The notes beneath the pieces are model-generated. The model made no database searches. It was given only the letters and a program-made list of their open reading frames with translations, and was not told the DNA's origin. A program made the translations under genes and the position numbers. From contig OZ241326.1 in the NCBI GenBank assembly GCA_965199855.1, positions 1,088,001 to 1,152,000 of the forward strand: 64,000 nucleotides of DNA, written 5' to 3'. Each line of letters opens with the position of its first letter. Within the stretch, counting starts at the first letter, position 1. This document shows positions 20,360 through 30,507 of this stretch, in pieces. The DNA is from a bacterium (GTDB taxonomy: Bacteria; UBA8248).

Positions 20360-21307
20360 ATGCGGGCGGTCTTCTTCGGCGCCTCCGAATTCGCCGCGCC
20401 GACGCTCGAGGCGCTGGCGGCCTCCTCCATCGAGATAGCGGCCGTGTTCACGCGGCCGGACAGGCCGGCGGGCAGGGGGCGCAGGCCGACGCCTCCGCCC
20501 GTCAAGGCGCGCGCGCGCGCGGCGGGGCTGCGCGTCCTCCAGCCGGAGAGGGTGCGCGCCGCCGACGTCGAGCGGTTCCGGCCCGACGTGGGCGTCGTCG
20601 CGGCCTACGGCCAGATTCTGGGGGGGAAGCTGCTGGCGGCGCCCCCGCTGGGGGTGGTGAACCTGCACCCCTCGCTTCTTCCGCGCTGGCGGGGCGCCGC
20701 GCCGATCCAGCGCGCCCTGCTCGCGGGAGACGCCGAGACGGGCGTCTGCGTGATGCGCCTGGTTCGCGCGCTCGACGCCGGGCCCGTGCTCGCGCGGCGC
20801 GCTACGCCTATCGGGCCGAGGGAGACCGCGGGCGAGCTTCACGACAGGCTCGCCGTCCTCGGCGCGGAGCGGATGGTGGAGACGCTGATGAGGCTCGAGC
20901 GCGGAGAGACCGAAGAGGAGGCGCAGGACGACTCCCTCGCCACCTACGCGGAGAAGCTCCGAAAAGAGGAGGCCGCCCTCGACTGGCGCCTTCCGGCGCG
21001 CCGTCTCGACCGCCTGATTCGGGGGCTGAACCCCTGGCCGGTGGCCGCGGCGGACTGGCCGGGCGTGGCGAACGGCCCGGTGCGGATATGGCGCGCCTGG
21101 CCGATGCCGGGCGCCTCCGGCGGCGCTCCCGGCGAGATTCTGGGGATTTCGGAATCGCCCGGGGGCGAGGGCGTTCGCGTGGCCGCGGGCGAGGGCGACC
21201 TGGTGATTCTCGAGGCGCAGCCGCCGGGGAAGAAGAGGATGGCGGCGACCGCCTTCGCCAGAGGGTATCCGTGCCGGCCGGGGCTCGCGCTCGGAGGCGG
21301 GGCGTGA
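20360..21307 (+). CDS. fmt: Methionyl-tRNA formyltransferase
   Basis: PDRPAGRG, VAAYGQIL and NLHPSLLPRWRGAAPIQ motifs. Confidence 0.96.
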   Translation: MRAVFFGASEFAAPTLEALAASSIEIAAVFTRPDRPAGRGRRPTPPPVKARARAAGLRVLQPERVRAADVERFRPDVGVVAAYGQILGGKLLAAPPLGVVNLHPSLLPRWRGAAPIQRALLAGDAETGVCVMRLVRALDAGPVLARRATPIGPRETAGELHDRLAVLGAERMVETLMRLERGETEEEAQDDSLATYAEKLRKEEAALDWRLPARRLDRLIRGLNPWPVAAADWPGVANGPVRIWRAWPMPGASGGAPGEILGISESPGGEGVRVAAGEGDLVILEAQPPGKKRMAATAFARGYPCRPGLALGGGA

Positions 21308-22665
21308 GCCGAAGCGCCGCGCCGTCGGGAAAAAGCGTCCGCTCTCCCCGCCCCGTCCGGCGGGCGGCGCACGCCGCCCTGCTCTCCTTCGGGAGGCGCC
21401 CCGCCGCCGCGGACGCGCTGGTCAGGCGCTTCTCCTCGCCGGGCTTCGACGCGCGCGACCGCGCGTTTCTGCGCGAGCTGATCTTCGGCGTCCTGCGGTG
21501 GCGCAGCCGGCTGGATTACGTTGTCGGCCGCTTTCTCGACAGGCCGGGCCTGCCGCCCCCGGCGCGCGAGGCGCTGCGGCTGGGCGCCTATCAGCTTCTG
21601 TTCATGGACCGGGTTCCCCCGCGCGCGGCGGTGGACGGCGCGGTTTCCCTGCTGGACGGCCGCGATCTGGACTGGGCGAGAGGGCTGGTGAACGCCGTTC
21701 TGCGCAAGGCGGCGGCGTGCGGGGTCTCCCCGCCCCGGGGCCGGGAGGATTATCTCACCCTCTGGGAGTCGCATCCCAGATGGCTGGTGAGGCGCTGGAT
21801 GCGGCGGCTGGGCGCGGACGAGGCGCAGAGGCGCTGCCGGGCGAACAACGAGGAGGCGCCGGTCGTCTTTCGCGCGAACGCGCGGGCCGTGAGTCCCGAA
21901 AGGCTGAGGGAGCGGCTCGACGGCCAGGGCGTCGCCGCGCGCGCCGGGTGCGTCGATCCCGATTGTCTGGTATTCCTTCCCGATGAGAGCGCGCCCGGGG
22001 CGCGCTTCACCGACGCGGCGGCCTGGCGCGAGGGCGCGTTCGTCGTGATGGACGAGGCGTCGAGCCTCGCGGCGCGCCTCGCCGCGCCCGCCCCGGGCGA
22101 GAGGGCGCTGGACGCCTGCGCGGCCCCCGGCGGGAAGACGGCCTGCCTCGCCTGGGCGGTGGGGCCCGAGGGGAGCGTCGCGGCGGGGGACCTGGCGGCC
22201 CGCAGGCTCGCCCGCCTGAAGGCGAACTGCGCCAGGATTCGGGCGGACGCGAGGCTTTTGCGGATGGACGCGGCGAGGCCGCCCTTTCGCCAGGCGTTCG
22301 ACCTCGTGCTCGTGGACGCGCCGTGCAGCGGGCTGGGCGTGCTCAGGCGGCATCCCGACGCGAGGTGGCGCGTGCGGGAGGAGGATCTGGCGGCGCAGGC
22401 GCGCCGGCAGAGGGCCGTTCTGGAGGGCGCGGCCGGGGCGGTGCGCCCGGGGGGGAGGCTGGCGTATTCGGTCTGCTCGAACGAGCCCGAGGAGACCGAG
22501 GAGGTCGTCTCCTCCTTTCGGACGCCCGGCTTCATCCCGCTGCGGGACGGCGGCGCCCTTCCGCAGGGGGCGAGAGGCTTTCTGGGCGCGGACGGGGCGC
22601 TCCGGATCGCGCCGGGAGCGGGGCTGGACGGCTTTTTCGCCATGTCCTGGCGCAAAGAGGGCTGA
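21304..22665 (+). CDS. rsmB: 16S rRNA m5C967 methyltransferase RsmB/Sun
   Basis: NusB-like N-terminus; LDACAAPGGKT, LVDAPCSGLG and YSVCS motifs; follows fmt. Confidence 0.92.
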   Translation: MSRSAAPSGKSVRSPRPVRRAAHAALLSFGRRPAAADALVRRFSSPGFDARDRAFLRELIFGVLRWRSRLDYVVGRFLDRPGLPPPAREALRLGAYQLLFMDRVPPRAAVDGAVSLLDGRDLDWARGLVNAVLRKAAACGVSPPRGREDYLTLWESHPRWLVRRWMRRLGADEAQRRCRANNEEAPVVFRANARAVSPERLRERLDGQGVAARAGCVDPDCLVFLPDESAPGARFTDAAAWREGAFVVMDEASSLAARLAAPAPGERALDACAAPGGKTACLAWAVGPEGSVAAGDLAARRLARLKANCARIRADARLLRMDAARPPFRQAFDLVLVDAPCSGLGVLRRHPDARWRVREEDLAAQARRQRAVLEGAAGAVRPGGRLAYSVCSNEPEETEEVVSSFRTPGFIPLRDGGALPQGARGFLGADGALRIAPGAGLDGFFAMSWRKEG

Positions 22666-22671
22666 GCAAAA

Positions 22672-23610
22672 TTGCTGCGCGCGATTGCTAGGGGGATTTT
22701 CCTGACGGCGCTCCTCATCGCGCTGGGCTTCGCCGGGGGCGCCGTGGGCCTCTACGCGTTCCGGGGAGGAGAGGGCGTTTTTCTGCCCCAGGTGGCGGGC
22801 CTCGACGTGGTGCGCGCCCTCGAGCTGCTGGGGGAGAAGGGCATCTCCATCCGGGCGGCCGAGCGCGTGTTCAGCGACGCCGCGCCCGTGAACCACGTCG
22901 TGCGCCAGCACCCTCCCGGCGGACGCCGCATCCGCAAGGGGAGAATCGTGTCGCTCACCCTCAGCAAGGGCTCGCGGGACGTGGCGGTGCCGGCGGTCGT
23001 GGGGGAAAACCTGGTTCGCGCGGAGACGCTCATTCGCCTCAAGGGGCTTCGCGTTCGCCTGGTGGAGCGGCTGTTCGACGCCGCGCGGCCCATCGATCAG
23101 GTCGTGGGCGTCTGGCCCCGGGAGGGCGCGAGCGTCCGGCGCGGCGAGGGCGTGATTCTCGTCGTGAGCCAGGGGGCGCGCGAGCGCGCGTACGTCATGC
23201 CCTCCCTGATTGGGGAGCCCGTCAACAAGGCGCTGGATCGCGTCCGCGCGCTGGGGCTCGCCGCCGGGCGCGTGCGCTACGTGGATCGCCCCGGCTCCCT
23301 GCGGGGGTCGGTCGTCTCGCAGATACCGCCGCGCGGGCAGCGCGTCCTGGCCGGCCATCGCGTTCACGTGGACGTGGCGCGCGGAGGCGATCAGATCGCC
23401 GGCAACTTCATCGTTCTGCGCTACCGCGTCCCGGAGGGAAGGCCGCGGCGCCGGCTCCGCGTGGAGCTGGAATCGAACGGCGAGACGCGCGAGGCGCTCT
23501 CCCGCAGCGCGCGCGCGGGCGAGGAGATTCACCTGCTCGTGCGGGTGGAGGGCAGAGCGAAGGCGAGAATCTTCCTGGACGACCGGCTGGTCGAAGAGCA
23601 GACGCACTGA
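22672..23610 (+). CDS. Membrane-anchored PASTA domain protein
   Basis: N-terminal TM helix then about three PASTA-like repeats (LPQVAG, VPAVVG, MPSLIG). Confidence 0.8.
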   Translation: MLRAIARGIFLTALLIALGFAGGAVGLYAFRGGEGVFLPQVAGLDVVRALELLGEKGISIRAAERVFSDAAPVNHVVRQHPPGGRRIRKGRIVSLTLSKGSRDVAVPAVVGENLVRAETLIRLKGLRVRLVERLFDAARPIDQVVGVWPREGASVRRGEGVILVVSQGARERAYVMPSLIGEPVNKALDRVRALGLAAGRVRYVDRPGSLRGSVVSQIPPRGQRVLAGHRVHVDVARGGDQIAGNFIVLRYRVPEGRPRRRLRVELESNGETREALSRSARAGEEIHLLVRVEGRAKARIFLDDRLVEEQTH

Positions 23611-23639
23611 GGGGGAATCGCGGCGTGCCCAGGCCCGAC

Positions 23640-24302
23640 ATGACGCCCGGAAGGATTCGTGTGGCGCCCTCCCTGCTGTCGTGCGCCTTCGAGCGAATGG
23701 GGGAGGAGATAGCGGCGGTGCGCGAGGCCGGAGCGGACTGGCTGCACTTCGACGTCATGGACGGCCACTTCGTGCCGAACATTTCGGTGGGGCCTCTGGG
23801 CGTCCGGGCGGCGAGAAGGGCCGCGCCCGGCATGACGCTCGACGCGCACCTGATGATTTCGGAGCCTGATCGATACATCGACGCTTTCGCGGAGGCGGGC
23901 GCGGACGTCCTGACGGTTCACGTGGAGGCGCCGAGGCACATCCACCGAACCCTCCAGAGCATACGCGCGTCCGGGGCGGGCGTCGGGCTGGCGCTGAACC
24001 CCGGAACGCCGCTTTCGGAAATAGAGGACTTGCTGCCGGAGGTGGACGTGGCGCTCGTCATGAGCGTCAACCCGGGCTTCGGCGGCCAGGCGTTCATCCC
24101 CGCCTCCCTGGGGCGCATCCGGCGCCTGCGGGAGATGATAGAAGCGCGCGGGCTGTCGGCGCTGATAGAGGTCGACGGCGGCGTCACGCCCCGCAACGCG
24201 GCGGAAATACGCGCGGCGGGCGCGGAGGCGCTCGTGGCCGGCTCCGCCGTGTTCGGCTCGCAAGACTACGCGGAGGCCATACGCGGCATCAGGGGGAAAT
24301 GA
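23640..24302 (+). CDS. rpe: Ribulose-phosphate 3-epimerase
   Basis: HFDVMDGHFVPN, MSVNPGFGGQ and EVDGG motifs. Confidence 0.97.
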   Translation: MTPGRIRVAPSLLSCAFERMGEEIAAVREAGADWLHFDVMDGHFVPNISVGPLGVRAARRAAPGMTLDAHLMISEPDRYIDAFAEAGADVLTVHVEAPRHIHRTLQSIRASGAGVGLALNPGTPLSEIEDLLPEVDVALVMSVNPGFGGQAFIPASLGRIRRLREMIEARGLSALIEVDGGVTPRNAAEIRAAGAEALVAGSAVFGSQDYAEAIRGIRGK

Positions 24303-24413
24303 GCGCGCCGTCCCCGGTTGACACCCTCCCTCCAAAATCCTTATATGTTTCGTTTCTCATTCGGCGCGGCGGGCGAAAATTCGGCGCCGCGCGCCGGCCG
24401 GTTGGAGCGTTCG

Positions 24414-25748
24414 ATGTTCGAGGGCTTGAAAGAGCGTCTGGGCGGCGTCTTCCGGGAGCTGAAGAGCCGGGGCGTCCTGGGGGAGGAGCAGGTCGATTCC
24501 GCCCTTCGGGAGATTCGCCTGGCGCTGCTCGAAGCCGACGTGAACTTCAGGGTCGCGAAGGAGTTCGCGGCGAAAATCCGCGAGGATCTGGTCGGCGCGG
24601 AGCGCGCCGCGCATCTCGATCCCTCCCAGCAGGTCGTCAGGGCCGTTCAGGGGCGCCTCGTGGAGCTCATGGGGGCGCGGAGCGCTCCGCTCGCTCGCGC
24701 GGCGCGCGGCGTCACCACCCTGCTGCTGGTCGGACTCCAGGGGTCGGGAAAGACGACGACGGCCGGCAAGCTCGCCCTGAGGCTGAGAAGCGGGGGGCTG
24801 CGCGTTCTTCTGGCGCCGGCGGACGCCGCGCGGCCGGCGGCCGTCGAGCAGCTGGAGAGGCTGGCCGCGCGGGCCGGCGCGGATTCGTTCGACTCCGGGG
24901 GAATGTCGAATCCCGTGGAGATCGTCCGGCTGGCGACCGAGCGCGCCCGGAGCGAGCATTTCGACTACTGCATCGTGGATACCGCGGGCAGGCTGCACGC
25001 CGACGATGAATTGATGGACGAGCTGAAGCGGATGAAGGAGGCGGCGCGGCCGGACGAGACGCTTCTGGTGGCGGACGCCATGACGGGCCAGGAGGCGGTG
25101 AATCTCGGCCGGGCGTTCGCCGGACGCATCGGCATCACGGGCGTCGTGCTGACGAAGCTGGACGGGGACGCCAGGGGCGGCGGCGCCCTTTCGCTCCGCG
25201 CGGCGACGGGCGTGCCCGTCAAGCTGGTCGGCGTGGGCGAGAAGCTCGACGCGCTGGAGGAGTTTCACCCCGAGAGAATGGCCTCGCGCGTTCTGGGCAT
25301 GGGCGACGTCATGTCCCTCATCGAGAAGGCGGAGGCCGCCCTTTCCGCGGACGGCGCGCGGTCGATGGCGGAGTCCATGGGCGGGGGGTCGTTCACCCTG
25401 GAGACGATGAAGGAGCAGATTCTCCAGATGCGGAAGATGGGCTCGGTGGGGGAGGTCATGTCCATGATTCCGGGCCTGGGGGCCAGGATGCCCGACGCGG
25501 ATATCGACGAGGCGGAGCTCTCCCGCGCGGTGGCCATCATCGACTCGATGACGCCCGCCGAGCGGGGGCGGCCCGACATCATCAAGGGCAGCCGCAGGAG
25601 GCGCATCGCCGCCGGCAGCGGAACCCGGGTGCAGGACGTGAACCGCCTCCTCCGGCGGTTCTCTCAGACGCGGAAGCTGATGAAGCGGCTTTCCGGAAGC
25701 GGCGGAAAGAAGCAGATGCGCAGAATGCGCCAGATGATCAACTTTTAA
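24414..25748 (+). CDS. ffh: Signal recognition particle protein
   Basis: GLQGSGKTT, DTAGR, TKLDGDARGG and SRRRRIAAGSG motifs; TTGACA at 24318 upstream. Confidence 0.97.
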   Translation: MFEGLKERLGGVFRELKSRGVLGEEQVDSALREIRLALLEADVNFRVAKEFAAKIREDLVGAERAAHLDPSQQVVRAVQGRLVELMGARSAPLARAARGVTTLLLVGLQGSGKTTTAGKLALRLRSGGLRVLLAPADAARPAAVEQLERLAARAGADSFDSGGMSNPVEIVRLATERARSEHFDYCIVDTAGRLHADDELMDELKRMKEAARPDETLLVADAMTGQEAVNLGRAFAGRIGITGVVLTKLDGDARGGGALSLRAATGVPVKLVGVGEKLDALEEFHPERMASRVLGMGDVMSLIEKAEAALSADGARSMAESMGGGSFTLETMKEQILQMRKMGSVGEVMSMIPGLGARMPDADIDEAELSRAVAIIDSMTPAERGRPDIIKGSRRRRIAAGSGTRVQDVNRLLRRFSQTRKLMKRLSGSGGKKQMRRMRQMINF

Positions 25749-25759
25749 GGAGAAAAGCC

Positions 25760-26005
25760 TTGAGCGTAAAGATCAGGCTCGCGCGCGGCGGCATGAAGAA
25801 GGCGCCGCGCTACCGCGTCGTGGTGCAGGATGAGCGGATGCCGCGCGACGGCCGCTTCATCGAGAGCATCGGACGCTACGACCCCTCGCAGGAGCCGGCG
25901 TTCATCGGCATCGACCTGGAGAAGGCCAGGGCCTGGATGGCCAAGGGCGCCATTCCGACCCGGACGGTCAGGAACCTGCTGGACAAGGCGGGCATCAACG
26001 ATTAG
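25760..26005 (+). CDS. rpsP: 30S ribosomal protein S16
   Basis: VKIRLARGG.KK.P.YR and PRDGRFIE motifs. Confidence 0.96.
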   Translation: MSVKIRLARGGMKKAPRYRVVVQDERMPRDGRFIESIGRYDPSQEPAFIGIDLEKARAWMAKGAIPTRTVRNLLDKAGIND

Positions 26006-26014
26006 GGACGCCCC

Positions 26015-26521
26015 GTGAGCGGGAAGGTGGCCGTGGGCGTCGCGCTGAGGCCGCACGGCCTCAAGGGCGCCGTGCGGGTGGAGCCCTGGCTCGACGACGT
26101 CGACGCCTACGGGCGGATCGGCGAGGTGGCCTCCGGGGAGGCGCCCGCGAGAAGGTTCGAGGTGGAGTCCTTCCACCGGGGCGGCAAGGGGGCCGTCGTC
26201 TGGAAGTTCGCGGGAATCGACGCCCCCGGGGACGCCGAGGCGCTGCGGGGGATGGTTTTTCTCGCGGACAGGAAGTTTCTGGCCGGCCCCGAGGAGGGGG
26301 TGCTCTATTTCGAGGACTTCGAGGGCCGCGACGTCGTGGACGAGGCGGGGCGCCTCCTGGGCCGCGTGGCGGACATGTTCGGCGCGGGCGGAAGCGACGT
26401 CATCGCCATCCGCACGCCGGGGGGAGGGGAGTTGCTCGTGCCGGCGACGCGCGAGGTCGTGCTGAGGCGCGAGGGCGCGCGCTGGATTTTTCGCCCCCCC
26501 GCGTTCGACGACGAGGATTGA
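26015..26521 (+). CDS. rimM: Ribosome maturation factor RimM
   Basis: PHGLKGAV and AEALRG motifs; position between rpsP and trmD. Confidence 0.9.
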   Translation: MSGKVAVGVALRPHGLKGAVRVEPWLDDVDAYGRIGEVASGEAPARRFEVESFHRGGKGAVVWKFAGIDAPGDAEALRGMVFLADRKFLAGPEEGVLYFEDFEGRDVVDEAGRLLGRVADMFGAGGSDVIAIRTPGGGELLVPATREVVLRREGARWIFRPPAFDDED

Positions 26522-26535
26522 GGGGCTTCGCTCTC

Positions 26536-27258
26536 ATGCGCATCGACGTTCTTTCCGTGCTCCCGCGCATGGTGGAGGAGGCGTTTCGGGAGGGCGTCGT
26601 GGGGCGCGCGGCGCGGCGCGGGTTGCTGGAGCTCAAGGTCTGGAGCCTGCGGGACTTCGCCGAGGGCGCATACCGGCAGACCGACGACGCGCCCTTCGGC
26701 GGGGGGGCGGGCATGGTGATGAAGCCGGAGCCCATATTTCGCGGCGTTCAGGCGATTCGGGAGGACGGAGAGGGCGAGCCGCTCAAGGCGCTGCTCACCC
26801 CCCAGGGGCGGCTGTTCGATCAGCGAACCGCCGCGAGGCTCTCCCGGGCTCCCTGGCTGCTCCTCATCTGCGGGCGATACGAGGGCGTGGACGAGCGGGT
26901 GAGCGCGCTGTGCGCGGACGAGGAGATATCGATCGGCGACTACGTGCTCTCGGGAGGGGAGATTCCCGCCATGGCCGTCGTGGACGCCGTGGGGAGGCTC
27001 CTCCCCGGCGTTCTGGGCAACGCGGATTCCGCCGCCCGGGAGAGCTTCGCCGACGGCCTTCTCGATCACCCCCACTACACGCGGCCGGCGGAGTTCGCGG
27101 GCGTCCGGGCGCCGGAGGCGCTCCTGTCGGGCGATCACGAGGCCGTTCGCCTCTGGAGGAGGCGCGAGGCGCTTCTGAGAACGCGGGAGAGGAGGGGGGA
27201 TCTTTTCGAGCGGGCCGAATTGAGCGACGAGGATTCGCGCCTGCTGGAATCTTCCTAG
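26536..27258 (+). CDS. trmD: tRNA (guanine37-N1)-methyltransferase
   Basis: DDAPFGGGAGMVMKPEP, CGRYEGVDER and SIGDYVLSGGE motifs. Confidence 0.97.
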   Translation: MRIDVLSVLPRMVEEAFREGVVGRAARRGLLELKVWSLRDFAEGAYRQTDDAPFGGGAGMVMKPEPIFRGVQAIREDGEGEPLKALLTPQGRLFDQRTAARLSRAPWLLLICGRYEGVDERVSALCADEEISIGDYVLSGGEIPAMAVVDAVGRLLPGVLGNADSAARESFADGLLDHPHYTRPAEFAGVRAPEALLSGDHEAVRLWRRREALLRTRERRGDLFERAELSDEDSRLLESS

Positions 27259-27273
27259 GGCGGGGCGCGGGCG

Positions 27274-27846
27274 TTGGGCGGCGTCTATCTCGCGCTGATT
27301 CACCATCCGGTGCTGGATCGGGAAGGCGCCGTCGTGACCTCTTCCGTCACGAGCCTGGACTTGCACGATCTCGCCCGCGTGGGCCGCACCTATGGCGTCT
27401 CGGGCGTGTTCGTGATACACCCCTCCGCTCCCCAGCGCGCCTTCGTCGGGCGGGTGATAGGGCATTTCGTGGAGGGCCGGGGGCGGGCGCTGCATCCGCA
27501 GAGGGGCGAGACGCTCGAGTTCCTGGAAGTCCTGCCGTCGCTGGACGCGCTCGTCGAGGAGGTCGAGCGCAAGGAGGGGGCGAGGCCGCGCCTCGCGGCG
27601 ACGACGGCCAGGCGAGTCCCGCGCGCGGCGGCCTACGGCGGTCTGCGGGAGGAAATCAGGAAGAAGGCCGCCCCGCTCGTCCTCCTGTTCGGCACGGGCT
27701 GGGGGCTGGCGGCGGAGGCTCTGGAGCGCGCCGACCTGGTTCTGCCTCCCGTGCGCGCGGAGGCGGATACGGGGTTCAACCATCTTTCGGTTCGCGGCGC
27801 GGCGGCGATTGTGGTAGATCGCATTCTCGGCGAGAGGCGGGCGTGA
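27274..27846 (+). CDS. SPOUT-class RNA methyltransferase (DUF2168-type, trmD-associated)
   Basis: [32 protein letters not shown] and FNHLSVR motifs. Confidence 0.85.
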   Translation: MGGVYLALIHHPVLDREGAVVTSSVTSLDLHDLARVGRTYGVSGVFVIHPSAPQRAFVGRVIGHFVEGRGRALHPQRGETLEFLEVLPSLDALVEEVERKEGARPRLAATTARRVPRAAAYGGLREEIRKKAAPLVLLFGTGWGLAAEALERADLVLPPVRAEADTGFNHLSVRGAAAIVVDRILGERRA

Positions 27847-27877
27847 GGCCCGCCTCCTCAGGACAAGGAGCGGGCGG

Positions 27878-28225
27878 GTGAACATCATCGATAGAATCGA
27901 GCGCGAGGGAATGCGCAAGGATATCCCCGATTTCGAGCCGGGCGACACCGCGCGCGTCCACGTGAAGATCGTCGAGGGCGACAAGGAGCGCGTTCAGGTG
28001 TTCGAGGGCGTCGTCATCGGCAGGCGGGGCGGCGGACTCCGCGAGAGGTTTCGCGTCCGCAAGCTCTCCTACGGCGTCGGCGTGGAGCGCATCTTCCCGG
28101 TGCACTCTCCGAGGATCGACAAGATAGAGATCACCCGCAAGGGCCGGGTGCGCCGCGCGAAGCTCTACTATCTCCGGGCGCGCAAGGGCAAGGCGGCGCA
28201 GGTGAAGGAGCGCCGCAGAAGATAG
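27878..28225 (+). CDS. rplS: 50S ribosomal protein L19
   Basis: [20 protein letters not shown] and [10 protein letters not shown] motifs. Confidence 0.98.
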   Translation: MNIIDRIEREGMRKDIPDFEPGDTARVHVKIVEGDKERVQVFEGVVIGRRGGGLRERFRVRKLSYGVGVERIFPVHSPRIDKIEITRKGRVRRAKLYYLRARKGKAAQVKERRRR

Positions 28226-28272
28226 CGCGGGCGCGAGCCTTTCCTCCCGCCCCGGCCCTTTCGCCTTCTCCC

Positions 28273-29262
28273 TCAGCCCTCCAGAAAATTCTGCGTCTCG
28301 GCGTATAGCGCCTCCCGGCTCCATTCATACTGGGCGAAGTGGGTGGCGTCTCCCAGGACGACGGAGCGCTTCCCCCGGCTGTTCGTCAGCGCGCGGTATG
28401 CGGCGGCGAAGATGGGGTCGGTCGAGCTTCGGTCGTGGTCTCCCCGGATGGTCAGAACCGGACAGGTGATTTTCGCCGCGTCGTAGAGCGGCTTGTTGCG
28501 CGAGCGATCGTAGGCGTCCGCCATCGCGCCGTTGGGAACGCGGACGGCGGGAATCCTCCGGCGCGCGCCCTCGGGGTCGAACCTGAGCTGCTCCGTCCAG
28601 AATCGCCTGATCGCCTTCTCCGCTCTCCACTTTGAATGCCGCCCCTTCGGGATGCTCCCGTCCCAGCGCGCCCGCTGGTAGCGCTCCGTGACCCAGCGCC
28701 ACGCCCCGCTTCGGGGGTCCCAGCGGCCGGGCCGCGCGGGGTCTTCCCGAAGGGCGGCCGCATCGGGGTCGTCGTATGCGTAGAAGGGGGCGTAGAGGAC
28801 GAGGCGGCGGACGCGGGCGCGGTTCGCGGCGGTGAAGGCGGCCGTGGTCGTGGTGCCCCACGACCAGCCGAGGAGGTTGAGCCTGCCTACCCCGTCTTTC
28901 GCGCGGATGAACCGCGCGGCGGCGTCGATGTCGCGCACCGCGGTGATTCCCCGCACGGCCGGGGGTTGCCCCCTGGGGCTTCGGAGCATTTCCGGCGGTC
29001 GCGTGGAGGGGCCGTATCCCCGGACGCAGAGGGCATAGACGCGAAAGCCCCGGCCGGCGATGAAGTCCATCCACGAATAGCCGGGCAGCGGCAGGTCGAA
29101 GGCGACGGGCGAGGGGGTGCTTTGCCCGTGCGCCATGAGCAGCGTGGCGGCGGCTTCGGCCTTCTCCATGCCCCGGGGCTTCTTCTCCCGCAGATGCAGC
29201 TTGACGCCGGGGTCGTGGGAGTCGATGAGGTAGTCCTGCCGAACGATTCCGGCGGCGGCCAA
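28273..29262 (-). CDS. Alpha/beta fold hydrolase
   Basis: HG oxyanion motif, RGYG.S, GWSWG nucleophile elbow, GDHD and C-terminal ATH. Confidence 0.85.
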   Translation of the reverse strand: MAAAGIVRQDYLIDSHDPGVKLHLREKKPRGMEKAEAAATLLMAHGQSTPSPVAFDLPLPGYSWMDFIAGRGFRVYALCVRGYGPSTRPPEMLRSPRGQPPAVRGITAVRDIDAAARFIRAKDGVGRLNLLGWSWGTTTTAAFTAANRARVRRLVLYAPFYAYDDPDAAALREDPARPGRWDPRSGAWRWVTERYQRARWDGSIPKGRHSKWRAEKAIRRFWTEQLRFDPEGARRRIPAVRVPNGAMADAYDRSRNKPLYDAAKITCPVLTIRGDHDRSSTDPIFAAAYRALTNSRGKRSVVLGDATHFAQYEWSREALYAETQNFLEG

Positions 29263-29342
29263 GGCGTCTCCTCCGGTTCGGGGAATTCGGCGGCATTATC
29301 CCGGATTTTCGGGCGCGGCCCAAGCGGCGGCGGGCTTCGCCC

Positions 29343-29371
29343 TTGAGGCCCCCCGGATTCCTCGCTATATT
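29343..29371 (+). promoter_or_regulatory. sigma70-like promoter of rnhB
   Basis: TTGAGG-17 bp-TATATT. Confidence 0.5.
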
Positions 29372-29401
29372 GCGGAAATCCGCCGCCCCGCGTGGTCTTT
29401 C

Positions 29402-30001
29402 ATGTATTCCATCGAACGCGCTCTAGCAGGCGAAGGCGCGGCCGCCGTGGCGGGCGTGGACGAGGCCGGGCGCGGCCCTCTGGCGGGCCCGGTGGTGGCC
29501 GCCGCCGTGGTGCTGGACCCGGAGAATCCCGTTCACGGGCTGGACGACAGCAAAAAGCTCTCCCCGCGCCGCAGGGAGGCGCTGCTTTCCGAGATTCTCG
29601 CCAAGGCGCGCGCCGTCGCGCTGGCGGCGGCCGGCCCGCGCGAGATCGAAAGGGCGAACGTCCTGCAGGCCTCCCTTCGCGCGATGGCGACCGCCGTGGA
29701 GAGGCTGCGCCTCGCGCCCGCCCACGTCCTCATCGACGGGAACAGGAAGATTCGCACCCCCCTGCCGCAGACCCCTCTGGTGAAGGGGGACGCGCGGTGC
29801 GCCTGCATCGCGGCGGCGAGCGTGGTCGCCAAGGTGCATCGGGATCGGGTGATGGCGCGGATGGACGCGCGGTTTCCGGGCTACGGCTTCGGCAGGCACA
29901 AGGGATATCCCACGCGGCGTCACCTCGCCGCCCTGGCGCGGCGCGGCCCCTGCCGCATCCATCGCCGGACGTTCCGGGGCGTCCCGGCGGTCGGGAGGTG
30001 A
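29402..30001 (+). CDS. rnhB: Ribonuclease HII
   Basis: AGVDEAGRGPLAGPV, DSKKL, IAAASVVAK and HKGYPT motifs. Confidence 0.97.
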   Translation: MYSIERALAGEGAAAVAGVDEAGRGPLAGPVVAAAVVLDPENPVHGLDDSKKLSPRRREALLSEILAKARAVALAAAGPREIERANVLQASLRAMATAVERLRLAPAHVLIDGNRKIRTPLPQTPLVKGDARCACIAAASVVAKVHRDRVMARMDARFPGYGFGRHKGYPTRRHLAALARRGPCRIHRRTFRGVPAVGR

Positions 30002-30008
30002 GGACGCC

Positions 30009-30368
30009 GTGAGCCGGGCGGAGGGAGAGCGCGGCGAGGAGGCGGCCGTGAGGTTCCTGCGCCGCCGGGGCTACGAGATTCTCGAGCGAAATTATCGCGG
30101 GGCGCGCTACGAGGTGGACGTCGTCGCGCGCGAGGGGGAGGTGCTCGCGTTCGTGGAGGTGAAGGCCAGGGCGGCGGGCAGGTCGCAAAGCGGCGCGGAG
30201 GCGGTGGATTGGCGGAAGCAGCGCAGAATCGAGCAGGCCGCCCGGCACTACCTGATGACCCACCCGGAGGCGCGGGACCGCGTCTGCCGCTTCGACGTGG
30301 TGCTGCTGGAGGCGGAGGCGGGGAAAAAGCCGAAAGCCAAGGAACTGCTGAGGGACGCCTTCCGCTAG
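30009..30368 (+). CDS. yraN: YraN/UPF0102 family protein
   Basis: GE..A..FL, FVEVKAR and CRFDVV motifs; follows rnhB. Confidence 0.92.
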   Translation: MSRAEGERGEEAAVRFLRRRGYEILERNYRGARYEVDVVAREGEVLAFVEVKARAAGRSQSGAEAVDWRKQRRIEQAARHYLMTHPEARDRVCRFDVVLLEAEAGKKPKAKELLRDAFR

Positions 30369-30507
30369 CGTCTTCTTCCAGATGAATTTTGCGGAGCGGC
30401 GCCCGCGTCGGCCTGTTTTCGCCGCCGGCGCCTTTGTCCGTGGAGAAAATTCCCGATCGGGCGCGCGGCTTCCGCCGGGCCGGACGCTAGAATCCCCTCG
30501 CCCGCTC

